Source of the DNA: a virus
Taxonomy: Duplodnaviria; Caudoviricetes
Virus record (IMG/VR): IMGVR_UViG_3300037067_012889
Span: 64,001-128,000 of that record
Direction: 5' to 3' (one strand)
DNA: 64,000 nucleotides
Part shown: in pieces, positions 8,339 through 17,044 of the stretch
How positions within the stretch are numbered: the first letter of the stretch is position 1
Layout: the number at the start of each line of letters is the position of its first letter
The notes under the pieces: generated by a model
Told to the model about the DNA's origin: nothing
The model's input: only the letters and a program-made list of their open reading frames with translations
Databases searched by the model: none
Made by a program: the position numbers and the translations under genes

Positions 8339-8998
8339 ATGAGCAGCGAAACACATGAAAGCTATGGCATGGTAGGGTTCTCGCGGACGAGTTGCCGCCC
8401 TGGTGTCAACCTCTTCGGATCGGCTATCAAACACGCCAACATTATAACACTACGTATCAAGCAGGCCAAAAAAGAACGCAGCTTGAACGAAGATCGGTAT
8501 TATGGTGGCGAATCGCTCATCGAGGTCGCCATGAGCCAAAACCAGTTTGCCGAAGCTATTACAGCGATGAATGTCGGCGACGGCGTTCCGTGCACTATCC
8601 GGCGAATTGGGAAGACCGGCGTGGCTGATTGCCCAGAAGAAACTGTGCGGCAAGTGTTCGAACAGGAATTCAAGCAGCATTGTGCTGAAATCGTAGAAGC
8701 TGCTGCTGGTCTGGTATCGAAGGCAGGGAAGATGCTGGAACAGAAGACGGTCAAAAAATCGGAATTGAAGGAACTTATCTCCGTTCTCAGGAAGCTTTCG
8801 ATTGAGCTTAATTGCAATCTACCATTCGTCGGCAGCCAGTTCAACGACGCGATGGATAAGATTGTCACTGACGGCAAGAATACCGTCGAAGCCTACATCT
8901 TACACCGGCTTACCGAGCTTGGTACCAAGGCACTCAGCAAAGAGATTGACGATTCGAACGAGCTTCCGGCAATCACTTTCCAGGGTACATTGGGTTAA
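8339..8998 (+). CDS. conserved phage hypothetical protein
   Basis: HESYGM..FSR, LFGS.I.H, MS..QFAEAIT.MN.G.GVPCTI motifs. Confidence 0.7.
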   Translation: MSSETHESYGMVGFSRTSCRPGVNLFGSAIKHANIITLRIKQAKKERSLNEDRYYGGESLIEVAMSQNQFAEAITAMNVGDGVPCTIRRIGKTGVADCPEETVRQVFEQEFKQHCAEIVEAAAGLVSKAGKMLEQKTVKKSELKELISVLRKLSIELNCNLPFVGSQFNDAMDKIVTDGKNTVEAYILHRLTELGTKALSKEIDDSNELPAITFQGTLG

Positions 8999-9065
8999 AT
9001 CCGTTACTATTTCGTGCTATAACTGGGTAGCGGGGAGGGAGGTCCGACCGCATAGGAGGCATGAA

Positions 9066-9275
9066 ATGGCTAGCTCGAAAATCGTCAGAATTCCGGTGGA
9101 TCGTCTCGACTTCATTGTCAATGTTCTGACCTCAATCAACGACGCATCAGAAGAATGGGTCTTGTCATTTTCTGGCAAGACAAAGCATGAAGCCATCAAG
9201 AACGTTGTTGAGGGACTCAGGCTCATCGCACATCCGGTCGAAGCGATCGCACCAAACACAGGAGATTCAAAGTGA
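9066..9275 (+). CDS. hypothetical protein
   Basis: promoter 8995-9023, leader hairpin, AGGAGG RBS. Confidence 0.6.
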   Translation: MASSKIVRIPVDRLDFIVNVLTSINDASEEWVLSFSGKTKHEAIKNVVEGLRLIAHPVEAIAPNTGDSK

Positions 9276-9673
9276 TTACGACAACGATCGATGTTAAGCT
9301 CCACGATGTCGTCAAGATGCCCGATGGTTCCCAATTCATCATTGTCGACATCAAGCCGAATCGGCCATCCAACCAATTTGTCGGCATCTTGGTCAACGGC
9401 AAAGGTGCCCCGTACAAATTCGGCTTTCGGCATCGTCCGGCAGTGGTAGGACATGCCGAAGACAACCACCCTGCACTCGTGGCATATCTGCAACGCACAC
9501 AACGTGTCTTTACCGGATTCTGCAACAATTCGAATCCAGCTATGGCATCGACGACTGCGGTGTTCTTTCACCTTCTCGAAGCCGTCGAAGCCGACGACAT
9601 GCCGAAGGCAAAGATTCTTGCCGCCGCCATCAGAACGATGCCGGGATACGCCATTGCAAACCTAATTAAGTGA
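9272..9673 (+). CDS. hypothetical protein
   Basis: AGGAG RBS; GTGA overlap. Confidence 0.65.
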   Translation: MITTTIDVKLHDVVKMPDGSQFIIVDIKPNRPSNQFVGILVNGKGAPYKFGFRHRPAVVGHAEDNHPALVAYLQRTQRVFTGFCNNSNPAMASTTAVFFHLLEAVEADDMPKAKILAAAIRTMPGYAIANLIK

Positions 9674-9695
9674 ACGATGTATCCAGTTTTCCAAG

Positions 9696-10046
9696 ATGGA
9701 AAGGAAGTGCATCATACCCTGCTACACCGTGCAAACAATGTCGGTAGCTTTCAAGGCCGAGAATAAGGATCTCCTGGTCGAAGCTTTGAAAGCCATCGAC
9801 TATCCATTCCGTTATATCGGAAACAAAATCGAGGTCCGGACTCCCGGTGGAATGATAACTTTAGACCTCGCTGCCGAGACGGCCTCCCTCTCCGGCCAGG
9901 ATACCAAATTCCTCCAAGAAACGTTGAACAAACTGAAACGGTCTTACAGCATGGAAGCCATCAAGGTAATTGCTAAGAAGCAGCACTGGACGCTCAAGAC
10001 CAAAGCTTCCAATAAAATGGCGGGTGTCCTTCAACGCCGGAATTAG
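9696..10046 (+). CDS. second, divergent DUF1257-like protein
   Basis: DLLVEALKAI.Y...LNKLKRSYS.EAIK..AKKQ.W pattern; followed by DUF2997-like gene. Confidence 0.5.
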   Translation: MERKCIIPCYTVQTMSVAFKAENKDLLVEALKAIDYPFRYIGNKIEVRTPGGMITLDLAAETASLSGQDTKFLQETLNKLKRSYSMEAIKVIAKKQHWTLKTKASNKMAGVLQRRN

Positions 10047-10051
10047 GAGAA

Positions 10052-10309
10052 ATGGTGGCCACATTATCTGAAATGAATGGCGGTTTTGACTCGATCCCAT
10101 TTGAAATTCTTGAGGATGGCACGATTAGCATCAAAACCGATCGCATCAGCGGGACAAATCACATGTCAGCCGACGACCTACTGGCCGACTTAGCTAAGGT
10201 CATGGGTGGCGAACACACATCAAAACAGCGGGAAGACGTCAAGGTCCCACTTCGTCATCACCATCACGGCCACGAGCACGGACACGAGCACGGCCATCTA
10301 CATCAATGA
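10052..10309 (+). CDS. second, divergent DUF2997-like protein with His-rich tail
   Basis: I.FEILEDGTISIKTD.ISG.NH..A..L...LA..MGG; ends HHHHGHEHGHEHGHLHQ. Confidence 0.5.
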   Translation: MVATLSEMNGGFDSIPFEILEDGTISIKTDRISGTNHMSADDLLADLAKVMGGEHTSKQREDVKVPLRHHHHGHEHGHEHGHLHQ

Positions 10310-10947
10310 AACTATCTGAATTGCAAAACGGCTGGGAACTAATCGAATCCATGAATAATGAGATTCGATTAGCCGATGGCATCGTTGGCGAGATTCAAGA
10401 CCACAATCGCCGACGAGCTGCCATGCAGTTTATGCAGCATAAACTGTTGAAGGAAGACGAGACCACAGATCCGCAAACGGGGATCTTCTTCTGGGTTCCG
10501 ATCATCGGATCCAAAATCACTTGGCGTCTCGAAACGTTTTTCGATTCACAATTCCCAGTCAACTCAGAACATAGCCAAGGTTTGGATCATCAAGGCATTT
10601 GGCTCCGATGGGCAAATACCATTCTTGGAAAAGATGATTCCGACGCACCAAGAGAAATAAGGCATCATTATAGTGGTTTGCCGCGTGGCAGGGTGACAGT
10701 TACGAAAGAACGAAAATATATCGGGGCACCAGCAACCAAGGTCTGGCTGATTCTCAACGGTGGCGATGCACCAATGCCGGAAGCAAAAGCAGGCAAGCTA
10801 CTCGCCTCACGATTCTGTCTTCCGGACGGCCAATGGAAGTACGTATTTGACGATCATGAACGCATGCTAGCCGATGACGTCAAGGCCATTCAACGCTATC
10901 TTGGCCGCGATTTAGGGTTACTCAAAAAAGTGGCCAAATTCGACTAA
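10306..10947 (+). CDS. hypothetical protein
   Basis: 213-aa ORF; ATGA overlap. Confidence 0.7.
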   Translation: MKLSELQNGWELIESMNNEIRLADGIVGEIQDHNRRRAAMQFMQHKLLKEDETTDPQTGIFFWVPIIGSKITWRLETFFDSQFPVNSEHSQGLDHQGIWLRWANTILGKDDSDAPREIRHHYSGLPRGRVTVTKERKYIGAPATKVWLILNGGDAPMPEAKAGKLLASRFCLPDGQWKYVFDDHERMLADDVKAIQRYLGRDLGLLKKVAKFD

Positions 10948-11031
10948 TTGCTAGTTTTAGTTAACGAGGAATATGTCTGGTGCTATAACTAGACAGAGGG
11001 GACACAGCACACAGCAAATAGGAGATTTATC

Positions 11032-11460
11032 TTGGCGAAAATGACCGAAAACGACAAAATTGCGAAGTATGGTGTGGTTGTGCAACTCGTCATGAGCCAC
11101 TCGAAACCCGACGAGGGAGCACATGCTATCCGGATGAAGGACGGTGTTTACGCTTGCGATTGCAAGGGGTGGGTCTTCTCGAAGTCCGTCCCAAAAACGT
11201 GCAAGCACATTGACTTTTACCTGAAACAGGCAAAGGTCAGCCAGAAAGTCGTCGAGCTGACTGAGATCCAGATCACCGAGAAGTGCCTGAAAACTGCTGG
11301 TTGCTACGACGCCGTCAAGAACGACTGTCCGACGCTTGAAGCTTTTCAGCACAAGCTGGCCCGTCTCGCACAGGCTCTCCTTCCGTATTTCGGAGGGAAC
11401 GGTCCTGCCCTCGCCATGGACACGACCAACGACATCCGTACCATTTGGCTCGACGATTAA
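11032..11460 (+). CDS. SWIM-type zinc-finger protein
   Basis: Y.CDCKGW...CKHI motif; own promoter. Confidence 0.7.
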   Translation: MAKMTENDKIAKYGVVVQLVMSHSKPDEGAHAIRMKDGVYACDCKGWVFSKSVPKTCKHIDFYLKQAKVSQKVVELTEIQITEKCLKTAGCYDAVKNDCPTLEAFQHKLARLAQALLPYFGGNGPALAMDTTNDIRTIWLDD

Positions 11461-11493
11461 CACTCTTTCCTTTATAGAAATCTAGGAGAAACC

Positions 11494-11724
11494 ATGAACG
11501 TCGACGAAATTATCAAATCCGCCAAGGGTCCAAAAGAGAAGATGGCGGAACAGGTCGATCTTGAGGCCCATATTCAGATGTGGGTCCCCGAAGCCGAGCG
11601 AGAAATATGTCTCTCGAATCTTTGCTTTTTGCTACAGATGGAGTATCTACGCGGCCAGCGTGATGCTCTCATTGAAAACATCGAGAGGCAGAAGACTAAG
11701 GCTGACCAGGAACGATCAGCTTAG
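11494..11724 (+). CDS. hypothetical protein
   Basis: AGGAG RBS. Confidence 0.6.
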   Translation: MNVDEIIKSAKGPKEKMAEQVDLEAHIQMWVPEAEREICLSNLCFLLQMEYLRGQRDALIENIERQKTKADQERSA

Positions 11725-12010
11725 GCGGTTCTGGTGAGACGATCTGCGGTTGGAATTTCGACCGATATTCCGCCGCAAGTTGATCAATGCACACAGATTC
11801 TGTCAAAATATGTGCCGTCGCCACCGCAACAGGCTTGTCCATATCCGATGGGCACCACATCTGTAGCGCAATACCTTGCTGAGTGAAAGTCATCTTCAAC
11901 GGTCGCCTAACGAAGGTGACATCACTATTAGCGGGGTCTGGGTTGTCGGTTGAATCCCAATCGGCAATCATTGTCTCGCCGTTGACGAACTTGTAAATCT
12001 TAGTCAGCAT
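11696..12010 (-). CDS. putative Sm-like fold protein of large myophages
   Basis: KI.K..NGE..IA...RPL...L..W.P...Y...F..IV.P pattern. Confidence 0.45.
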   Translation of the reverse strand: MLTKIYKFVNGETMIADWDSTDNPDPANSDVTFVRRPLKMTFTQQGIALQMWCPSDMDKPVAVATAHILTESVCIDQLAAEYRSKFQPQIVSPEPPKLIVPGQP

Positions 12011-12086
12011 TTGATGGTCCTCCTACAATCTAAGTAGAAATTCCATCAAATACATCATTCGATTTCCAAGATGGAAACTAAACACC

Positions 12087-12575
12087 CTACTCGCCGCTGG
12101 TTGTATATTCGAAGTAAGGTGCAAATCCACCAGCTTCAAGCCGAGGATCCCACGACTGTTCGAGAATCTTCTTTTCCAACTCTTCGACCGCTGTGGCCTC
12201 TTCTTCGAAGGCACAGACATGGCGTTTGGTGTTCGAATGGTCATAATAATACAAATGACCAGAGAACATTTTGTGTCGACGGCTGGTATGTGCACCGGAC
12301 AAATCGATGACATGAGTGGGTTCTTCGCTGTTGATGTCGGCCCAAATACGTAGTATGGGCTTCCCATCGACATACTCCAAGTAGATTGGAGCGTCATCAT
12401 ACCCATCAGCGGACGTCTTAGTAGAACAACCTTCGAGCGAGATGGCAATCCCGTCGCTGTCTTCGCTTTTGACAGTAATGCCGAGACGCGTATCAGCACC
12501 GAGATCTCGAATCTCGAAATATGAACGCGTTGAGGTTGCGATAATTGATCGTTCCATTCTGGCTGGCTTCGTCAT
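12087..12575 (-). CDS. hypothetical protein
   Basis: TGATG coupling to upstream gene. Confidence 0.65.
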   Translation of the reverse strand: MTKPARMERSIIATSTRSYFEIRDLGADTRLGITVKSEDSDGIAISLEGCSTKTSADGYDDAPIYLEYVDGKPILRIWADINSEEPTHVIDLSGAHTSRRHKMFSGHLYYYDHSNTKRHVCAFEEEATAVEELEKKILEQSWDPRLEAGGFAPYFEYTTSGE

Positions 12576-12796
12576 CAAAGTACCCAATCTGCTGTTGCGT
12601 GTGTGATGGTTTCTTTGCACTTGTTCTTCTTGACGGTGAGCGTGAACCTGACACGCCCATTTACGAGTTTTGCCGACAAGAATCCGATAGCACGATTACC
12701 GGCCTCATCCTCAACAGCAACCCTGGTAATCGTCTTGTCGGAATCGGTGAGCAAACCCTTGCTGAAGGTCGTGTCGAAATCAACTTTGTCTTGCAT
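12575..12796 (-). CDS. hypothetical protein
   Basis: promoter 12816-12844; AGGAG RBS. Confidence 0.65.
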   Translation of the reverse strand: MQDKVDFDTTFSKGLLTDSDKTITRVAVEDEAGNRAIGFLSAKLVNGRVRFTLTVKKNKCKETITHATADWVL

Positions 12797-12849
12797 GCTG
12801 TTTCTCCTATGCCCTGTTATAGCATCACAGCGGTAGACGCTTAACCTGA

Positions 12850-13155
12850 TTAATGAGGGGACAGAGCATCAAGCTCGTCCAACTCTGCTTCGGTGAGATC
12901 CCAGACGTCGATTTCTTCTCTGGCGATTTTGTAATCGCCAAATTCACCATCGTTGAGCGCTTCTACCATCATATCAACGGTGACACCGAACCAAAAAGCA
13001 GCGCTCTTAACCAAATCGCTCAAATTCGTTGCCGTGATCGGCAACATCGGAGGCTTACGGCCCATTTCGGTCGGATTCGGTCCACTTTCCATCACTACCG
13101 GACACAATGTAGTCTTGTCGACCAATGTGTATCGTACATAATGACGTAATGCCAT
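12850..13155 (-). CDS. hypothetical protein
   Basis: AAGGAG RBS; in minus-strand run. Confidence 0.65.
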   Translation of the reverse strand: MALRHYVRYTLVDKTTLCPVVMESGPNPTEMGRKPPMLPITATNLSDLVKSAAFWFGVTVDMMVEALNDGEFGDYKIAREEIDVWDLTEAELDELDALSPH

Positions 13156-13167
13156 CGCAACTCTCCT

Positions 13168-13617
13168 TTATCCTACCTCAACGCACCAATACACAAATGG
13201 ACGTTTCGAATGCAGTAGCAGCCGCAAATTCTCATCTAACGTTTCACAAGCATCACAATACTTGGAAATCGTACTGACTTGTACTGGCTTCACCCTCAGT
13301 ATCTCGTAACCATTGATATACTCGCCGACGACAGGCTTGTTGTCGCCCTTGATTGGTGTGTGTGATTTGGCGACCGGAATGTCGTCATAAAATATGGTCG
13401 CCTTAGGTTTAAGTTCATCAAGCCTGACCTCTGACTCTTCACCCAAACGTGTTCGGACATAAGCCCTCTCACTGATATCGTTGTATGAGAGGATCTTCAC
13501 GAAATCGCCACGGTGGATGAATTCTTTGTCGGCTCGAATCATCAATGTTTGAAGACTCGTGCGACAAGCATAGGTCATACCCTCTTTGACTTCGACATGT
13601 CCGGCCTTAGTGCTCAT
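13168..13617 (-). CDS. hypothetical protein
   Basis: AGGAG RBS; overlap with upstream stop. Confidence 0.65.
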   Translation of the reverse strand: MSTKAGHVEVKEGMTYACRTSLQTLMIRADKEFIHRGDFVKILSYNDISERAYVRTRLGEESEVRLDELKPKATIFYDDIPVAKSHTPIKGDNKPVVGEYINGYEILRVKPVQVSTISKYCDACETLDENLRLLLHSKRPFVYWCVEVG

Positions 13618-14111
13618 AACTCTCCTTTGATCGGCTTGAAATCCTTAAATTGCGGCTTGAGAATCTTCTCATTTTCAAGGAAGAATCGGATCTCGCCACG
13701 AATGCTGATGTTCTGCATTTCGTGCTCGACGAGCTTCCCTTTGACTCGCATCTTAAACATGACTTTGAGATCGCAGTCCCAGACGCGACCGTCACGCATC
13801 ACTACGCCGCTGTAGTAGAAAACATGGCCGCCGATGTTGAGCCGATTTGGTCCGGTCCGCTTCACATAGCGAGCGAGCTTCCACCGGTCATTGATGAGAA
13901 CTGGCAGCCAATTGCGATCAAAGAGATGCTTGTTTTCTTTCCGCATCAGGTAACGTTGAGCTTGGACCTTTGTGACCTTGCGGTCAGCAGTGGTCATCTC
14001 GCCTTTGCCGTAGACCCAGCTCAACGACAAGCAGCCATCACCGCTGTAATAGCAGTGCATTCTTGGATAGATTTTTTGGCCGCAGCACGTGCAAACCCGA
14101 TATTTCGACAT
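13614..14111 (-). CDS. hypothetical basic protein
   Basis: promoter 14132-14160; AGGAG RBS. Confidence 0.65.
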   Translation of the reverse strand: MSKYRVCTCCGQKIYPRMHCYYSGDGCLSLSWVYGKGEMTTADRKVTKVQAQRYLMRKENKHLFDRNWLPVLINDRWKLARYVKRTGPNRLNIGGHVFYYSGVVMRDGRVWDCDLKVMFKMRVKGKLVEHEMQNISIRGEIRFFLENEKILKPQFKDFKPIKGEL

Positions 14112-14175
14112 AGTTGGTTCTCCTATACTCCGTTATAGCACCAGAACCCATATTATTTAACGGGTGGGCAGCTTC

Positions 14176-14370
14176 TTATTGATTTAGCTTCGCGAGCATC
14201 TTCGAGACAGCTTCTTCCGGAGTTGCTCCGAGCGTATTACGAATCTCTCCATTGGTATGGTAGTTGACGCAAGCACATACCCATTCATCTTGCTTGCGTA
14301 GTTCGTAATACTCACCAGCTTCGGTGACTGCTGGTAATCTATTGAGAAGCTCAACTAATGACTCATTCAT
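14176..14370 (-). CDS. hypothetical protein
   Basis: ATGA overlap with ligase stop. Confidence 0.55.
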   Translation of the reverse strand: MNESLVELLNRLPAVTEAGEYYELRKQDEWVCACVNYHTNGEIRNTLGATPEEAVSKMLAKLNQ

Positions 14371-16433
14371 GGTAGCTCACGTTCTCCATCCAAGACGGCT
14401 CGCAGGCAATCGATACTGATGATCTTCGTGCCGTAGCTTTCGGCCTTCAATGTCTTGCCAGACGAAGATGTCGCATCTTTCTGAACCAGGTAGTCGAGTC
14501 CTTTGCTTACGCCGCTCTTTACGACACCGCCCTTCGCAACAACCTCGTCGATATAATCGCGGCAACCAGTCCAGCAGAATGACGATCCGGCAATTTGTTT
14601 CTGCTTCGGCTCGCCATCGACCGTCTCGTCTGCCACCTCGTTTACCACGACAGCAATCGGCACAATTGGCGAAACCACGACACCAACCGATAACAAATCA
14701 TCGATGATTGGTCGAGCAGCCGCCAGACCTTCAACGATCGATTTCTGCATTATCTTGCTTGGAATTGCTGTTTTCAGTTTCTCCTCGTCCAGCCAATCTT
14801 CGAGTGTTGTCAAACCTTGTTCGGTGGCGATGATCTCGACGCGGCGACGTCCAAGCAATGAAATGCCGAGAGCGCCGAGAAACTTGTGTAATTGCAGCTG
14901 TTTCGATTTCTCGATCTCTGCAAGCAGGCTTGCTGTTCTGCTGTCACCGAGGCGGATCGGCGTTCCAGTCTTGCTCTCACCAATTTTCAGATCGACAAGC
15001 TGTTCGGCCTTAAGACGATAAAGATCGGCTGGCGTCGAAACAAGCTCCGCATCAACAAGAGCTTGCAATACCGAATCACCGATACCCACAATACCGACAC
15101 CCTTGTCGGAACTACCGATGTAGTGCTTGATTTTGCCAGTCGATTGGCCTGCACAGTCGAGATTTGTGCAATATGTGACCGCACTCATCTTCTCCCGCAG
15201 CATTCTGGTCGTTGGCGAACCACAAATCGGGCATACTTTCGGTTCTTCAATCGGCTGACGGTCAGCGGGACGATCAATGATGCTAACGACCTTGGGAATG
15301 ACGTCGCCTTGCCGTGCAATCTCGACGATATCGCCGATGGCGACGTGTGCTGCTGATGGATACTCGCTTGCAGGATTCCAGTTATTCAACAACACGTTCG
15401 TCACTGTGACGCCGCCGACGAAGACCGGTTCGAGAATTGCTGTGGGAATAATGGCCCCGGTGTGTCCGAGCGTGATTGTGACGTCCTTGACTTTCGTCTG
15501 TGCCTTTGCAGTGACGAACTTGACGGCTCGTCCATACTTCGGACGAAGCTCATCTTTCCGATCTTTTGTAATCTGTTTCTGCATCACGATGTCGTCAACC
15601 ATCACCACGACGCCGTCGATCTCGAATGGCAGTGTTGGCCGTCGTGCCTCGATCTCGGAAAAATAGTCCTCGAACGACTTGACAGCTTCGTCTCCGCCGA
15701 TGACAACATACTGCACTGGTGTGAAGCCAAGCTTTCGAAGCGTTTTGAACTTCATGTTAAGCGACGGGAAGCTCAGGCCATCGCTAACGACATTGAAGGC
15801 CACGAACTGAATCATTTCATTCTGTGTACCGTCTGTCCGACCAAGAATGCCACTCCCGACATTTCTCGGATTGGTGAGCGTCGGGTCAGCCGCCTTCATC
15901 ATGTCGAACCAGCACTTGTAGAGAATCGCTTCGCCGCGCACAGTTCCAGTAAACGGAACCGGCAGGCTCGTCGGTACACCGGCCCATTTGACGGCATTCG
16001 CGGTAAGCGATTCACCGATTTCGCCATTCCCACGGCTGATAGCTTCGACGAATTCACCTTTAACGTAGCTCAACGCTACGCTATTGCCGTCCATCTTCAA
16101 CGAAGCATTAACGTCAAAACCGTCAACGCCAAGCAAGGCGCAGGTTTTATCATACCACGACGCAAAACCGCTCAGACCACCATCGGTGTTGTCGAGTGAC
16201 CCCATCGGGATTGAATGTGTTCGCTTCTCCCTCATGTCGTCCGAGGAGAATGGGGTGCCGACCCGTGTCAGGCGAGGATCATCGGGGACCAGCTCGCGAA
16301 GCTCACCGATCAGGGCTTCAAATTCATCATCGGTGACTGGCGACTCACAACCCGGAGTGTAGTAGAGTTGTGCGGCACGGTCGATGGCCGACCGTAGTGT
16401 TGCCAATCTGGCTTTTTGATCGCTATCTTTCAT
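14367..16433 (-). CDS. ligA: NAD-dependent DNA ligase
   Basis: YY...TD.EF, H..PMGSL, KMDG adenylation motif, SRGNG..GE, RGE, NPRN, EIDGVV, R.GDVIP, C4 zinc finger, HhH, C-terminal BRCT. Confidence 0.96.
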   Translation of the reverse strand: MKDSDQKARLATLRSAIDRAAQLYYTPGCESPVTDDEFEALIGELRELVPDDPRLTRVGTPFSSDDMREKRTHSIPMGSLDNTDGGLSGFASWYDKTCALLGVDGFDVNASLKMDGNSVALSYVKGEFVEAISRGNGEIGESLTANAVKWAGVPTSLPVPFTGTVRGEAILYKCWFDMMKAADPTLTNPRNVGSGILGRTDGTQNEMIQFVAFNVVSDGLSFPSLNMKFKTLRKLGFTPVQYVVIGGDEAVKSFEDYFSEIEARRPTLPFEIDGVVVMVDDIVMQKQITKDRKDELRPKYGRAVKFVTAKAQTKVKDVTITLGHTGAIIPTAILEPVFVGGVTVTNVLLNNWNPASEYPSAAHVAIGDIVEIARQGDVIPKVVSIIDRPADRQPIEEPKVCPICGSPTTRMLREKMSAVTYCTNLDCAGQSTGKIKHYIGSSDKGVGIVGIGDSVLQALVDAELVSTPADLYRLKAEQLVDLKIGESKTGTPIRLGDSRTASLLAEIEKSKQLQLHKFLGALGISLLGRRRVEIIATEQGLTTLEDWLDEEKLKTAIPSKIMQKSIVEGLAAARPIIDDLLSVGVVVSPIVPIAVVVNEVADETVDGEPKQKQIAGSSFCWTGCRDYIDEVVAKGGVVKSGVSKGLDYLVQKDATSSSGKTLKAESYGTKIISIDCLRAVLDGERELP

Positions 16434-16505
16434 GTGTATTTCTCCTATGTGCAGTTATAGCACGAGAGTACCGAGGAATTAATATAATCCTAGTACTCAG
16501 ATACA

Positions 16506-16682
16506 TCAAGATCCGATCCAACCAGATGCCAGTTTGTCATAACCGGCGTTACTTTCGGCGACATATTCCTCATAGCATGCCTCGTGCATACCATTCTTAT
16601 TCGGACCGTCCAATGGTTTGTCGCACCACGGGCACACAGGAATAAGAATTTCGGCATGCCCAGCTTCGTCTACTTGAACCAT
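16506..16682 (-). CDS. hypothetical protein (58 aa, CPWC..H..C; not in track)
   Basis: manual translation; TAATG coupling. Confidence 0.5.
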   Translation of the reverse strand: MVQVDEAGHAEILIPVCPWCDKPLDGPNKNGMHEACYEEYVAESNAGYDKLASGWIGS

Positions 16683-16981
16683 TATTCACTCACTTTCCGA
16701 TGTTCGAGCCATCGTTTGGCGTCCGCCTCATTGATATGACACTCAAACCCGACGTCTTTGATGTTGTGGGCCGCTTCGACGTACGTGAACATCCTAGCCA
16801 ATTCGTCATTGTGATCGGCCATGAAGATCGCCACGTTGTCGGCTGGGTAGTCGCCACCCCAATCACATGCTTCCAGATCCGCGATTTCCTTATCGCTTGC
16901 TTGCTCGAACCAAGGCGTCGCATCGAACTTCACTTCGCTCGCATGGTCGTCGGAATGAGCCTCAGCCATTACTTTGCACAT
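16682..16981 (-). CDS. hypothetical protein
   Basis: promoter 17012-17040; AGGAG RBS. Confidence 0.65.
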   Translation of the reverse strand: MCKVMAEAHSDDHASEVKFDATPWFEQASDKEIADLEACDWGGDYPADNVAIFMADHNDELARMFTYVEAAHNIKDVGFECHINEADAKRWLEHRKVSE

Positions 16982-17044
16982 CGTTTTCTCCTGGTTAGTT
17001 TCCTATACTTCGTTATAGCATAGGAATAGGTCCTATTTAATCGA

